Shown: piece by piece, positions 20,394-30,279 of the stretch
Layout: every line of letters begins with the position of its first letter
Numbering within the stretch: the stretch's first letter is position 1
From: Bdellovibrionota bacterium
GTDB taxonomy: Bacteria > Bdellovibrionota_C > UBA2361 > JBIKWN01
Length of the DNA: 64,000 bases
Direction: 5' to 3'
Assembly: GCA_044356295.1 (NCBI GenBank)
Contig: JBIKWN010000001.1
Coordinates: forward strand, 96,001-160,000
Notes under the pieces: model-generated
Database searches by the model: none
What the model saw: only the letters and a program-made list of their open reading frames with translations
Told to the model about the DNA's origin: nothing
Position numbers and translations under genes: made by a program

Positions 20394-23300
20394 TGCCCTC
20401 TGAGTGTAGAGTCTTTGCGTTTTTCAGCAAAGAGCCCCAAGGGGTTTTGCCTTGAGCTGTTTTAAAAGGTGTTCCAGCAGAGATTACGTTTCCACCGTTT
20501 TGCCCAGCTCCGGGACCCATTTCTAGGAAAAAATCAGCTGCAGCAATCATATCCATGTCATGTTCTATTACAAAGACTGACGATCCTCTTTCAACAAGTG
20601 CTCTTAGAGAATTAATCAATCTAAAAACGTCACTTCGGTGAAGTCCAAGAGTCGGTTCATCAAGAATATAGAGAACATGACCTCGAGGATTGCCACTGAG
20701 TTCTGAAACAATTTTTAGTCTCTGGGCTTCTCCTCCAGAGAGCGTCACGGAAGATTGTCCAAGAGTAAGATAGCCAAGTCCTAAGTCGCATGCGATTTTT
20801 AAACTCTGATGTATTTTTTTATGATTTGAAAACTTACTTTTTGCTTCTTCAAAGGTAAGGCTTAGTACTTCACTAATCGTAAGACCGCCGTATCTAACGA
20901 TTTGAATATCACTTCCATACCTTGTTCCGCTGCAGCTTTCGCATTCAACTTTTGCATCAGCAAGAAAATTCATTTCAAGTGTAATAACACCCGCACCTTT
21001 ACATTCAGAGCATCGTCCTTTTCCAGCATTATAAGAGAAATGACCCTGATTCCACCCTTGGGCTCTTGCTTCAAGCGTGCTTGCAAACACTTTTCGTATT
21101 TCATCCCATACACCTAGATATGAAGCTGGAGTTGAGCGAGAAGTTGAGCCAATTGGTTTTTGATCAAGATAAACAATTTTATCGATATTTTCATCAAATG
21201 TTATCTCTCCACGTTCCGAAGATATCGTATTTTTTTTATTTTTCCCTTCTCGAAGAGTGTAGTTAATAATTTCATGTATGAGGGTACTTTTTCCTGAGCC
21301 CGAAACTCCACCAATCGTTACAAGCTGCTTTAGGGGAAGTGTCGTAGAAAGATTTTTAATTGTATGACAGTTAGCATTTTTTACCTTTAACTCAGGCGTT
21401 TTTTTCTTTACAACTTCGGCAATTTGCAGTGGGAGTGCTAAGGCAGCACCAGTTGGCGTTGTCCTATCAGTGTATGAAGTGACAGGCCCTTGAAAAACAA
21501 TTTCACCTCCGTGAATTCCAGCCATGGGACCAATATCAATTATATGATCTGCTGACTTAATTGATTCGATGTCATGCTCAATTAAAATAACAGCATTATT
21601 GTTGTAGTTAAGAGTCCTTAATTTTTTTAGAACCAATCTGTTATCAAGTGGATGTAGTCCAGCACTCGGCTCGTCAAAAATATACATTACTCCTGAAAGA
21701 GGAGATCCCATTGCGGTTGCTAATCGAAGGCGTTGTAATTCCCCACCAGAAAGTGTTCTGCAACTTCTAGAGAGCGAAATATAATCTAAACCTAGCTCAC
21801 ACAGAGACAATAACTTTGAGCGGAGTTCAATTATTACTGGTTCAGCAAGGGCTTGGTTCATTTTAGTAAGCGTCTGTGAGATCTTATCTAAAAATACAAG
21901 AAGTTCTCGAGGAGTTAAGCTTGAGCTCTCAAAGATATTTTTTCCGAATATACGTATATTTCTTCCAATAGCTTGTATGCGGGCTCCCTGACAACTTGTA
22001 CATACAACTTGTTTTTCATCATGACCAAATCCGTCACATTCAGCACACCGGCCTCGCTTGGAATTAAATGAAAGATCTTCTGGGTCTACTTTAAAAAATC
22101 CAGTTTCACAGACGGGACATGCTCTTTTTGAACTTAATATCTCTTCTTTGCCAGAATCAGAGAGAATAATAATGGAACCACCACCTAAGGTTAAAGCTGT
22201 TTCTATAGTTTCAACGAGAACTTCTTTGTTAATAGTTTTTGGATTAAATTTTGCAATGACAAAATCAATAGAATGAACTTTTGATTTTGTTAGTCCTTCT
22301 GCAAAATGAGATGTCTTTCCAAGCACTGAATCAACACGTACTTCAAGAATCTCTGATTCGATAGCTCGAATAAATACCGCTTGATGACTTCCTTTTTTCT
22401 TAATGATGACAGGGGATAGAAGTCGAATCGTTGCATCTTTTCGATTCATAATTTTTGTTGCAATTTCTTGAGCAGAAAGAGGTGCTATCTCTTGATCCGG
22501 ATGGTCGGGACAGTACTGTGTTCCAGTTTTTGCATAAAGAAGTCTTAAGAAGTTATATACTTCTGACATCGTTGCCACGGTAGATAGAGCAGATGGTTGA
22601 AACGTATGCTGATAGACACAAATAGTAGGTCGTACATTACGAATTGAATCAATATCAGGTTTTTTAAGCTCTTTAATAAATTGTCTTGCGTATGGAGACA
22701 AACAATCAAGGTACCTGCGTTGTCCTTCAGCAAAGATTATATCTTTTGCTAACGTTGATTTTCCAGAACCGGATACTCCTGTGATGGCTACAACTTTATC
22801 GACCGGAATAGAGACTGATATATTTTTAAGATTATGCTCCCTGGCTCCTTTGATCTCTAGCTCAGATGTTTTTGTTACATCAGTAGTTTTCTGAGGATTT
22901 TTAGCTTTTGCACGAATTGTGTTTCCACAAGAAGAGATATAGGTGGAAAGGTGGTTTGCTGTTTCGTTTTTCTTTTCTTTTAGAAGCTCGGGGAGTGTTC
23001 CTTGAAAAAGCAGATGTCCCCCTTCTTCTCCTCCTTCAGGACCTAGATCAATAATCCAATCGGCATTTTGAATGACTGAAAGATTGTGTTCAATACACAG
23101 CACTGAGTTTCCACGAGAAATAAGTTCTCTGAGTAGTCGAATAAAATTTTCAACATCATGGACATGAAGCCCAGAGGTGGGTTCGTCAAAAATAAATAGA
23201 TAATGTTTTGATGAGTTCTCGGATAGATATGGAACAAGTTTTAAACGCTGGGCTTCGCCTCCACTTAATTCACTAAGAGGATGTCCTAAACGACACGCAC

Positions 23301-25701
23301 CTAATCCAAGTTTTTGCAGAACTAAAAGTGTCGCTGATACTGATTTATTATTAAGTTGTGTGAAAAAAGTATATGCATCATCGACAGACATCGAAAGATA
23401 TTCGTCAACGTTTTTTCCTTTATAAAAAATGTTAAGAACTGAAGGTTGGAATCTCTTTCCGAGGCATGATTCACAAGGAACATAGACATCACTTAAAAAC
23501 TGCATGTCCTCTCTAATAAAGCCGGCTCCTTCACAGCTGGTACACCGTCCAGCGTTAACATTAAAGCTAAAACTAGATTTGCTAAATCCTAGTGCCTGGG
23601 CTTCTTCGGTGCTTGCAAGGAGGTCTCGAATGACGTCCCAAATTTTTGTGTATGTAGCAATATTGGCACGAGGCGTTTTTGCAAGTGGACTTTGATCCAC
23701 AAAGATAAGCTCATCAATTTTTGAAAATCCTGCACTCTTTTCGAAACCAAAAGCTGAGTCAATGATACCTTTATGGAGCTTCCATGCATTTAAGATTACT
23801 TCATGAGCAAGGGTGCTTTTCCCGGAACCACTAACTCCCGTTAAGCAGGTGAGGGTCTTTAGAGGGATTTGAACATTACATGATTTTAAGTTTCGGGCCG
23901 AAGCTTTAAAAATAGAGATTGAATCATTTAGATTAACTTTTTCAGTAGCGTTGATTCGTTTTGCTATCTGAACACCTTTCCATTTGGAAGCAGGGCCATT
24001 AAAAATAACATCACCACCAAATGTTCCAGCCTTTGGACCAATCTCAATAATATGATCAGCTTCAGTAATCACATCCGGATCATGCTCTACGACTAAAAGA
24101 GAATTTCCCTTTTGAGTCAGATTTTTCATGGCTCTTGTCAATCTTTCAGAATCTCTTGCATGAAGCCCAATTGAAGGTTCATCAAGTACAAATTGAGTTG
24201 AAGTAAGCTCACTTCCAAGGGCAGTTGCTAAGTTAACACGTTGGGTTTCTCCACCAGAAAGGGTTTTTGCTTGTCTGTCCAACGTAAGATACGGCAGACC
24301 AAGGTTTTCAAGATACTGAAGCCTGCCAACGAGATTTTCAAAAGGACTTTGTAAAGCTTGATAAAGTGCTTTATTTTTTTTTGCTTCAATTTGAAGCTCT
24401 TTAATCCAAGATAGAAGTCTTCCAATCGGAAGGGACCAGATTTCGCCGATATGTTTATTATTCACTCGAAATGCCAAAGCCTGAGCTTTTAGTCTTGAGC
24501 CACTGCAAGATGAGCAAACTTTTTGCTCTCGGTACCGAGATAAGAAAACTCGTACATGCATCTTATAAGTTTTTTTCTCAAGCCATTGGAACCAATGATC
24601 TACCCCCCAAAAGTCTTTCTCTTTGGTTTCAAAAATTTTTCTTTTTTGAATGTCGGATAAGTTTTTCCACGGAATATCTGTGGCAATCCCTTCACGTTTA
24701 GCAAAAGTAAGTAGGCTTTTAAATTCCCATTCAGCTGATGGTCCTGACCAACAAGCTATAGCATGTTCTTCGAGTGTTTTTGAAACATCAGGAACTACTT
24801 TTGATTCAGAGATTGATAGAGTAAATCCAAATCCTTTACAAAGTTCGCATGCACCAATTGGATGGTTAAAAGAAAAAAGTGCTGTTTTAGGTACTTCAGC
24901 AGTGAAGTCATGTTTCTCGCACCGAAATGATTTCGAGAATATTTTTTTTATAAAAGGCTTATCCTTTTCTGATTGTAAAAGAAGTGTTACTTCGTTTGGG
25001 TTTAATGAAAAACCCGCATCAAGAGATGTCTTTAACCGTGAAATTTGAACAGCGCCTGAAATGCGATCAAGGATAACTGTTATAGTGCTGATATTCTTAA
25101 AATCTTTTTTACTAATCTCGCTAAGCTGTATAACAAGGCCTGTATGAGGGTGAAGTATTCGGGAATATCCTAATGTTTTTAATCTATCTATTTCAAAATC
25201 AATAAATTTTTTGTTGCAGTGAACTTCAGCTGCGATAAGTATAGAAAAATTATCTTTAATAAGATCTTGGATTTGTGCTGCTATAGTAGCGCTATTCCAA
25301 CGCACTAACCCTTCATCACAAACAGGGCAATGAGGAATAGCAAGAGATCCCCAAATTACTTTCAAATAATCATTACTATTAGTAAGTGAACCAACAGTTG
25401 ATCTGGCGCTGGTAATTCTCGTTCTTTGCTGAATAGAAATCGCAGGGCGAACATTTTCTAACTTTTCAACAAGTGGCTTTTTTACCTTATCAAAAAATTG
25501 TCGTGTATACGGTGAAAAAGTTTCAATATATCTGCGTTGACCTTCAGCATAGACCGTATCAAAGGCGAGTGATGATTTACCGGATCCAGACAGACCAGTA
25601 ATCACTGTTAATTCGTCATGAGGAATCTCAAGAGAGATGTTCTTTAAGTTATTCTCTTGAGCACCAATAATTTTTAGAGATTCTTTGTGCTTACCATTCA
25701 T
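20353..25701 (-). CDS. uvrA: Excinuclease ABC subunit A, tandem-duplicated double-length form
   Basis: Two AEGQRRY starts, four GxSGSGKS Walker A, four LSGGE signatures, Zn fingers; 1782 aa. Confidence 0.95.
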   Translation of the reverse strand: MNGKHKESLKIIGAQENNLKNISLEIPHDELTVITGLSGSGKSSLAFDTVYAEGQRRYIETFSPYTRQFFDKVKKPLVEKLENVRPAISIQQRTRITSARSTVGSLTNSNDYLKVIWGSLAIPHCPVCDEGLVRWNSATIAAQIQDLIKDNFSILIAAEVHCNKKFIDFEIDRLKTLGYSRILHPHTGLVIQLSEISKKDFKNISTITVILDRISGAVQISRLKTSLDAGFSLNPNEVTLLLQSEKDKPFIKKIFSKSFRCEKHDFTAEVPKTALFSFNHPIGACELCKGFGFTLSISESKVVPDVSKTLEEHAIACWSGPSAEWEFKSLLTFAKREGIATDIPWKNLSDIQKRKIFETKEKDFWGVDHWFQWLEKKTYKMHVRVFLSRYREQKVCSSCSGSRLKAQALAFRVNNKHIGEIWSLPIGRLLSWIKELQIEAKKNKALYQALQSPFENLVGRLQYLENLGLPYLTLDRQAKTLSGGETQRVNLATALGSELTSTQFVLDEPSIGLHARDSERLTRAMKNLTQKGNSLLVVEHDPDVITEADHIIEIGPKAGTFGGDVIFNGPASKWKGVQIAKRINATEKVNLNDSISIFKASARNLKSCNVQIPLKTLTCLTGVSGSGKSTLAHEVILNAWKLHKGIIDSAFGFEKSAGFSKIDELIFVDQSPLAKTPRANIATYTKIWDVIRDLLASTEEAQALGFSKSSFSFNVNAGRCTSCEGAGFIREDMQFLSDVYVPCESCLGKRFQPSVLNIFYKGKNVDEYLSMSVDDAYTFFTQLNNKSVSATLLVLQKLGLGACRLGHPLSELSGGEAQRLKLVPYLSENSSKHYLFIFDEPTSGLHVHDVENFIRLLRELISRGNSVLCIEHNLSVIQNADWIIDLGPEGGEEGGHLLFQGTLPELLKEKKNETANHLSTYISSCGNTIRAKAKNPQKTTDVTKTSELEIKGAREHNLKNISVSIPVDKVVAITGVSGSGKSTLAKDIIFAEGQRRYLDCLSPYARQFIKELKKPDIDSIRNVRPTICVYQHTFQPSALSTVATMSEVYNFLRLLYAKTGTQYCPDHPDQEIAPLSAQEIATKIMNRKDATIRLLSPVIIKKKGSHQAVFIRAIESEILEVRVDSVLGKTSHFAEGLTKSKVHSIDFVIAKFNPKTINKEVLVETIETALTLGGGSIIILSDSGKEEILSSKRACPVCETGFFKVDPEDLSFNSKRGRCAECDGFGHDEKQVVCTSCQGARIQAIGRNIRIFGKNIFESSSLTPRELLVFLDKISQTLTKMNQALAEPVIIELRSKLLSLCELGLDYISLSRSCRTLSGGELQRLRLATAMGSPLSGVMYIFDEPSAGLHPLDNRLVLKKLRTLNYNNNAVILIEHDIESIKSADHIIDIGPMAGIHGGEIVFQGPVTSYTDRTTPTGAALALPLQIAEVVKKKTPELKVKNANCHTIKNLSTTLPLKQLVTIGGVSGSGKSTLIHEIINYTLREGKNKKNTISSERGEITFDENIDKIVYLDQKPIGSTSRSTPASYLGVWDEIRKVFASTLEARAQGWNQGHFSYNAGKGRCSECKGAGVITLEMNFLADAKVECESCSGTRYGSDIQIVRYGGLTISEVLSLTFEEAKSKFSNHKKIHQSLKIACDLGLGYLTLGQSSVTLSGGEAQRLKIVSELSGNPRGHVLYILDEPTLGLHRSDVFRLINSLRALVERGSSVFVIEHDMDMIAAADFFLEMGPGAGQNGGNVISAGTPFKTAQGKTPWGSLLKNAKTLHSEGNESFSSHPCSTNS

Positions 25702-27090
25702 TTATTTGCCCATCATACCACGGAATGCTGATTCTAGCGTGGGAGATGTAAATGCAAAATTAGATTCAAGAAGTTTTTTTGGAATTATTCTTTGAGAAGA
25801 AAGAATTGTTTCATCAGCCATTTGACCAAAGACAAGCCTTAGAAACAAAGGTGGAACAGGGAAAAGGCAAGGACGCCTCAGTACCGTTGAGAGAGTTCTG
25901 CTGAACTCTAAATTGGTTGTTGCTTTTGGCAAACAGAAATTGAAAGCACCACTTACTTCTTGGCTAGCAGCTAAATGATACAGTCCATAGATGACATCAT
26001 CTTTTGAAATACAGCTCATGAAGCGTTGCCCTTTTCCGATTGGGCCACCAATACCTAATTGGAAGGGAAGAAGAAGTTTTTTTAAAGCACCACCATCAGG
26101 CGAAAGAATTATTCCAAATCTTGCATGGCAAACCCGAATACCGATTTTATTAAGGGGCGTTGAAGCCTCTTCCCATTGTCTTACTACGTCGGCCAGAAAA
26201 CCTTCTCCTTGCGGAGAGCTCTCATCAACTTCAATTTTTGTGTCAGTTCCATAAAAACCAGAACCAGACGCCGAAATAAAAGTTTTAGGTTTGTTTTTTA
26301 ACTTCGAAATGCATTCCACTAAAAAAGAAGTTGTTTCAACTCGAGAACGTAGGATCGTATCTTTCACTAAAGTACTCCACCGTTTTGCAACAGATTCTCC
26401 AGAAAGATGGATAATATGATCAAAGCCCTCTAACGAATCAGGACTTATGATTTTTTTATAAGGATTCCATGGAATTCTTTTAACAGCATCGGGGATACCT
26501 TCATCATTTCCTCGAGAAAGGATAGAGACCGAATGTCCAGCAGTTAACAGAAATGCAACAAGACTCTTGCCGAGAAACCCACTTGCACCTGATATCAGAA
26601 AATTTTGTTGCGTTTGAAAACTTCCCTTGTATTTTTCAATAACAGAAAGATCTTGTAGGGTTATGTGGTGTCGGTATTTAAAAAGCCTTTCTAATTTTTT
26701 TCTAAAAATCCAACCAAACAATGGTTCTGACAATATTGGAAATGGCAGTGAAAACGATAACTCATCTTTAAGAATAGAAGTATGTGAGCTTACTCCTTCA
26801 AAGACATGTTGATGCTTCCAAGATTTAAAAGGACCGTTAACTTGATGGTCTTCGAATTTTTTATTTTCTATATATCCTTTATGGGTAAGATTCCAACGAA
26901 TTCCGATTTTTCCGAAAACTGGAACCTTAATGACGACTGTTGCTCCGTCTCGAATGCCCCCTGAGTGAGAAACTAATTCAACTGGCTCAAAAGGGGGATT
27001 TAGTCTGAGAAACGCACCAGGACGCTCATGCCAAGCAAAAAGATCTTCAACTGGAATAGGAAATTCTTTTTGAAAGGTAAGTGTAATCAA
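25702..27090 (-). CDS. TIGR01777-family NAD-dependent epimerase with N-terminal SRPBCC domain
   Basis: WHERPGAFLRL..GPFKSWKHQH, GASGFLG, SASGSGFYG. Confidence 0.85.
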   Translation of the reverse strand: MITLTFQKEFPIPVEDLFAWHERPGAFLRLNPPFEPVELVSHSGGIRDGATVVIKVPVFGKIGIRWNLTHKGYIENKKFEDHQVNGPFKSWKHQHVFEGVSSHTSILKDELSFSLPFPILSEPLFGWIFRKKLERLFKYRHHITLQDLSVIEKYKGSFQTQQNFLISGASGFLGKSLVAFLLTAGHSVSILSRGNDEGIPDAVKRIPWNPYKKIISPDSLEGFDHIIHLSGESVAKRWSTLVKDTILRSRVETTSFLVECISKLKNKPKTFISASGSGFYGTDTKIEVDESSPQGEGFLADVVRQWEEASTPLNKIGIRVCHARFGIILSPDGGALKKLLLPFQLGIGGPIGKGQRFMSCISKDDVIYGLYHLAASQEVSGAFNFCLPKATTNLEFSRTLSTVLRRPCLFPVPPLFLRLVFGQMADETILSSQRIIPKKLLESNFAFTSPTLESAFRGMMGK

Positions 27091-27518
27091 CCAAAGACCT
27101 CTTTGGCGACAGTAGCTGCAAGCTTTCCATCATACTGACCATTATGTGAATCTTTTAAGCTCTTCATAGCTCCACCTTGATTGATAGTAGCGTCATTTGC
27201 TTTCAGTGAAGCAAAGAAAGAGCTTAACTCTTCTTTTGTCATTTGTTTTGGAAGAAACGATTCAAGAACAGAGATCTCAATAAGAAGTTTTTCTAAAAGT
27301 TCTGGTCTGTTTCCCTTCTCTGCAAATTCAATCTCTTCCTTTCTTTTTTTTAGCTCTCGTTGAAGAATTGCCATAACATCAGTAATGCTTGCATCGGATA
27401 TTCCTTTTTGCATTTCATCATACTGAATTTCACTTAAGACCCCTCGAATTGTTGAAAGCTTAACAGCATCCTTTGCTTTCATTGCTTCTTTCATTTCGGT
27501 TTTTAATCTTTCTTTCAT
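27087..27518 (-). CDS. GatB/YqeY domain protein
   Basis: MKEAMKAKD, KKRKE, FLPKQM, DGK. Confidence 0.9.
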   Translation of the reverse strand: MKERLKTEMKEAMKAKDAVKLSTIRGVLSEIQYDEMQKGISDASITDVMAILQRELKKRKEEIEFAEKGNRPELLEKLLIEISVLESFLPKQMTKEELSSFFASLKANDATINQGGAMKSLKDSHNGQYDGKLAATVAKEVFG

Positions 27519-27523
27519 ACGAC

Positions 27524-27931
27524 CTATATTTTTTTGAATTCTTTTAAAAATTTTTCTAATTTAGCAGTGGTTTCGGCGCTTACAAGATGTTCAATCTTAC
27601 ATGCATCAATCTCGGCTTGACCTGGGCTCACACGAAGTACCTTTTCAAAAAATTCTTTTACTAACTCGTTTCTGACCACAATTGCTTTTGCAAGCCGCTC
27701 GCCTTCGGATGATAAGATCAGAAATTTATTATCATCTTCAACAATAAATCCTTTTTGTTTCAAACTTTTGAGGTTTGTAGAAGCACTACCAGTTGTGATG
27801 TTTAACTCTTTAGCAACGTCAGTAACTCGGGCATAGCCACGCTTTGCACGAAGATCCATTATGGCTAATAGATGATGAGCAGCACTGTGTGTGATGTCGT
27901 TTTCTTCAAATTGCTTCCAAACGTCTTCCAT
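27524..27931 (-). CDS. DtxR/MntR-family metal-dependent repressor (no FeoA domain)
   Basis: ARVTDVAKELNIT HTH, DACKIEHLVS. Confidence 0.9.
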   Translation of the reverse strand: MEDVWKQFEENDITHSAAHHLLAIMDLRAKRGYARVTDVAKELNITTGSASTNLKSLKQKGFIVEDDNKFLILSSEGERLAKAIVVRNELVKEFFEKVLRVSPGQAEIDACKIEHLVSAETTAKLEKFLKEFKKI

Positions 27932-28067
27932 AATTTATGCTATCTAACTAAAAGCATATTGTAGATGCAAAGAATTGATATATCAAGCAAATGCTCTGCT
28001 GCTATTTTTGGCAATGTAAAATAAGCTGTGATAGGCTACTTGGTGTCATTTTTATCGATTTTAAACT

Positions 28068-28910
28068 GTGAATAACTTACAGATAAGCCCCAAAAAACTT
28101 AATATTATCATTAAGTTAGTCTTATTTTTGGTCTGTCTATTACCTGTTGGCTACACGAAATTTGCATTTTCTGAAGTAGATCCAGCCGAAGCCATTAAAA
28201 ATAAAGAGATAGGCTTTGAAACAGCTCTAGGTACCAAGCTAGATACTCAGATACCTTTTACAGATGAAGATGGAAATCAGACATCTTTATCCTCTTTATT
28301 GAAACCAGCACAGCCAACTCTTTTTGTACCTATGTACTTTAGCTGCCCAAGGCTTTGTGGGCTTCTTATGAATGGCTTCATAGAGCTTATTAGGAAACTT
28401 GACCTTAAGCAGGGCTCTGAATACAACGTTGTTACTTTAAGTTTTGACCCAACTGAAGACTCAAAGTTAGCTAAAGATAAGCAACAAACAGTTCTAAAAG
28501 AAATTGATAGGTCAGACATTACTCCTAAAAGTTGGAGGTTTTTGACTGGTAAAGAGGAAAATATCAAGAAACTCCTTGATCAAGCAGGCTATAAATATAA
28601 GTTTGCAGAAGGGGAATACCTTCATTCCTCTGGTTTCTTTATATTGACCTCTGAGGGAGAAATCTCACAATATTTCACCGGAATAGATTTTTCTGCTTGG
28701 GATGTAAGACTTGCTATGGTTGAAGCATCTAAGGGTGGGATAGGAAGTGCTGTTGATCATATTTTGTTGTATTGCTACGACTTTGATCCTTCAAAGGGTA
28801 AATATACATTAACTGCATTTAATGTTCTGCGTTTCGGGACTCTTTTTGCTGTTATTCTTTTCTTCATTGTTGCCGTTAAGCTGTCAAGAAGGGTCGTCAA
28901 AAACAATTGA
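28068..28910 (+). CDS. SCO1/SenC copper chaperone
   Basis: CPRLC motif, SFDP, WRFLTG, conserved His. Confidence 0.9.
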   Translation: MNNLQISPKKLNIIIKLVLFLVCLLPVGYTKFAFSEVDPAEAIKNKEIGFETALGTKLDTQIPFTDEDGNQTSLSSLLKPAQPTLFVPMYFSCPRLCGLLMNGFIELIRKLDLKQGSEYNVVTLSFDPTEDSKLAKDKQQTVLKEIDRSDITPKSWRFLTGKEENIKKLLDQAGYKYKFAEGEYLHSSGFFILTSEGEISQYFTGIDFSAWDVRLAMVEASKGGIGSAVDHILLYCYDFDPSKGKYTLTAFNVLRFGTLFAVILFFIVAVKLSRRVVKNN

Positions 28911-28958
28911 TACATCTATAATAGTCGCTAAATAAACTCAAAGGATTACTAAGTAAAC

Positions 28959-30269
28959 ATGTTTCGTTTTTTACCTGAACAAGCCTCAAGTGTCGCCAGC
29001 GAAGTTGATTGGTTGCATAACATCATTACAGACCTCTCGGTGTTCTTTACCGTGGCAATCGTCGGCACGATGCTCTACTTTGCATTTAAGTATCGCGCTA
29101 AAAATGGAGTTGATCACGCAACACCTAGAATCGAAGGTAGCCATTTTCTAGAGCTTGTTTGGACAATCGTTCCAACTCTTATATGTGTATTTGTTGGTAC
29201 TTATGGAATTCTCATATTTAAAGACATGCGAACTGTTGGAGAAAATCCAGTTGTTATTAACGTTACCGGAAAAAAATGGAACTGGACGTTCCAATATGAA
29301 AATGGAAAACAAATTGTTAGTGAAGCTGTAATCCCTGTAAACAGACCAGTTAAGTTTGTACTCACATCGAAAGATGTTTTGCATAGCTTCTTTGTTCCTG
29401 CAATGAGAGTGAAGAGTGATGCCATACCTCATCGCTATACGTATGTAACTTTTAATCCGATTAAAACTGGTGAGTATCAAATTTTTTGTACAGAGTACTG
29501 CGGCACAAGTCACTCAGATATGTTAGCGAAACTTCGAGTAGTTCCAGAGGATGAATATACTCGTTGGTTAAATGATCAATCAGATAAAATTAAATTTAAT
29601 CCTGCTGAACTCGGTGCACAGCTCTATAATCAACAAGGGTGCGCTGCTTGTCACTCAGTAGATGGCTCAAAAAGAGTAGGTCCATCATTCCAAAAAATTT
29701 ATGGCCGAGATGGAACCTATGATAATGGAAAGCCGTATAAAGCTGATGATGATTACTTACAGGAATCAATTCTTTATCCAAATACTCATATTGTTGATGG
29801 CTATGCTGCCAATCAGATGCCAGCATTTAAGGGTATCCTTAGTGATGAACAGATAGCAGCAATTATTGCTTGGATGAGAACACTCGATGGTTCTCAAGCA
29901 ACTCAAGCAGCAGCTCCAGCGCCGCAGTTTCAATTTGCAAAACTTCTTAACGGCGATGATCCTTCGAAGCAATCACCAGCTGAAAGAGGTAAAGCAATCT
30001 ACCAAGCAAAAGCTTGTATTGGTTGTCACAGCTTAGATGGCTCACAAGTTGTTGGGCCAACATGGAAGGGGCTTTACGGTTTAACCAATCACAAGATGTC
30101 AGATGGTACTTCAGTAACTGCTGATGATTCGTATCTCAAAGAATCAATCTTAAATCCTACGGCTAAAATAGTTGAAGGATTCCAAGCAGGGGTGATGCCT
30201 TCTTACCAAGGGCAGCTTTCTGATGCAGAAATAGCTGACGTCATTGAATTCATGAAGACTATTAAATAG
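28959..30269 (+). CDS. coxB: Cytochrome c oxidase subunit II with two fused cytochrome c domains
   Basis: DVLHSF, CTEYCGTSHSDM (CuA), CAACH and CIGCH. Confidence 0.95.
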   Translation: MFRFLPEQASSVASEVDWLHNIITDLSVFFTVAIVGTMLYFAFKYRAKNGVDHATPRIEGSHFLELVWTIVPTLICVFVGTYGILIFKDMRTVGENPVVINVTGKKWNWTFQYENGKQIVSEAVIPVNRPVKFVLTSKDVLHSFFVPAMRVKSDAIPHRYTYVTFNPIKTGEYQIFCTEYCGTSHSDMLAKLRVVPEDEYTRWLNDQSDKIKFNPAELGAQLYNQQGCAACHSVDGSKRVGPSFQKIYGRDGTYDNGKPYKADDDYLQESILYPNTHIVDGYAANQMPAFKGILSDEQIAAIIAWMRTLDGSQATQAAAPAPQFQFAKLLNGDDPSKQSPAERGKAIYQAKACIGCHSLDGSQVVGPTWKGLYGLTNHKMSDGTSVTADDSYLKESILNPTAKIVEGFQAGVMPSYQGQLSDAEIADVIEFMKTIK

Positions 30270-30279
30270 AGGATATTGT

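Noticed and set aside
27975..27986. TTGATATATCAA as an FNR site upstream of sco-cox
   Set aside because: Spacer is 2 bp rather than the required 4 bp
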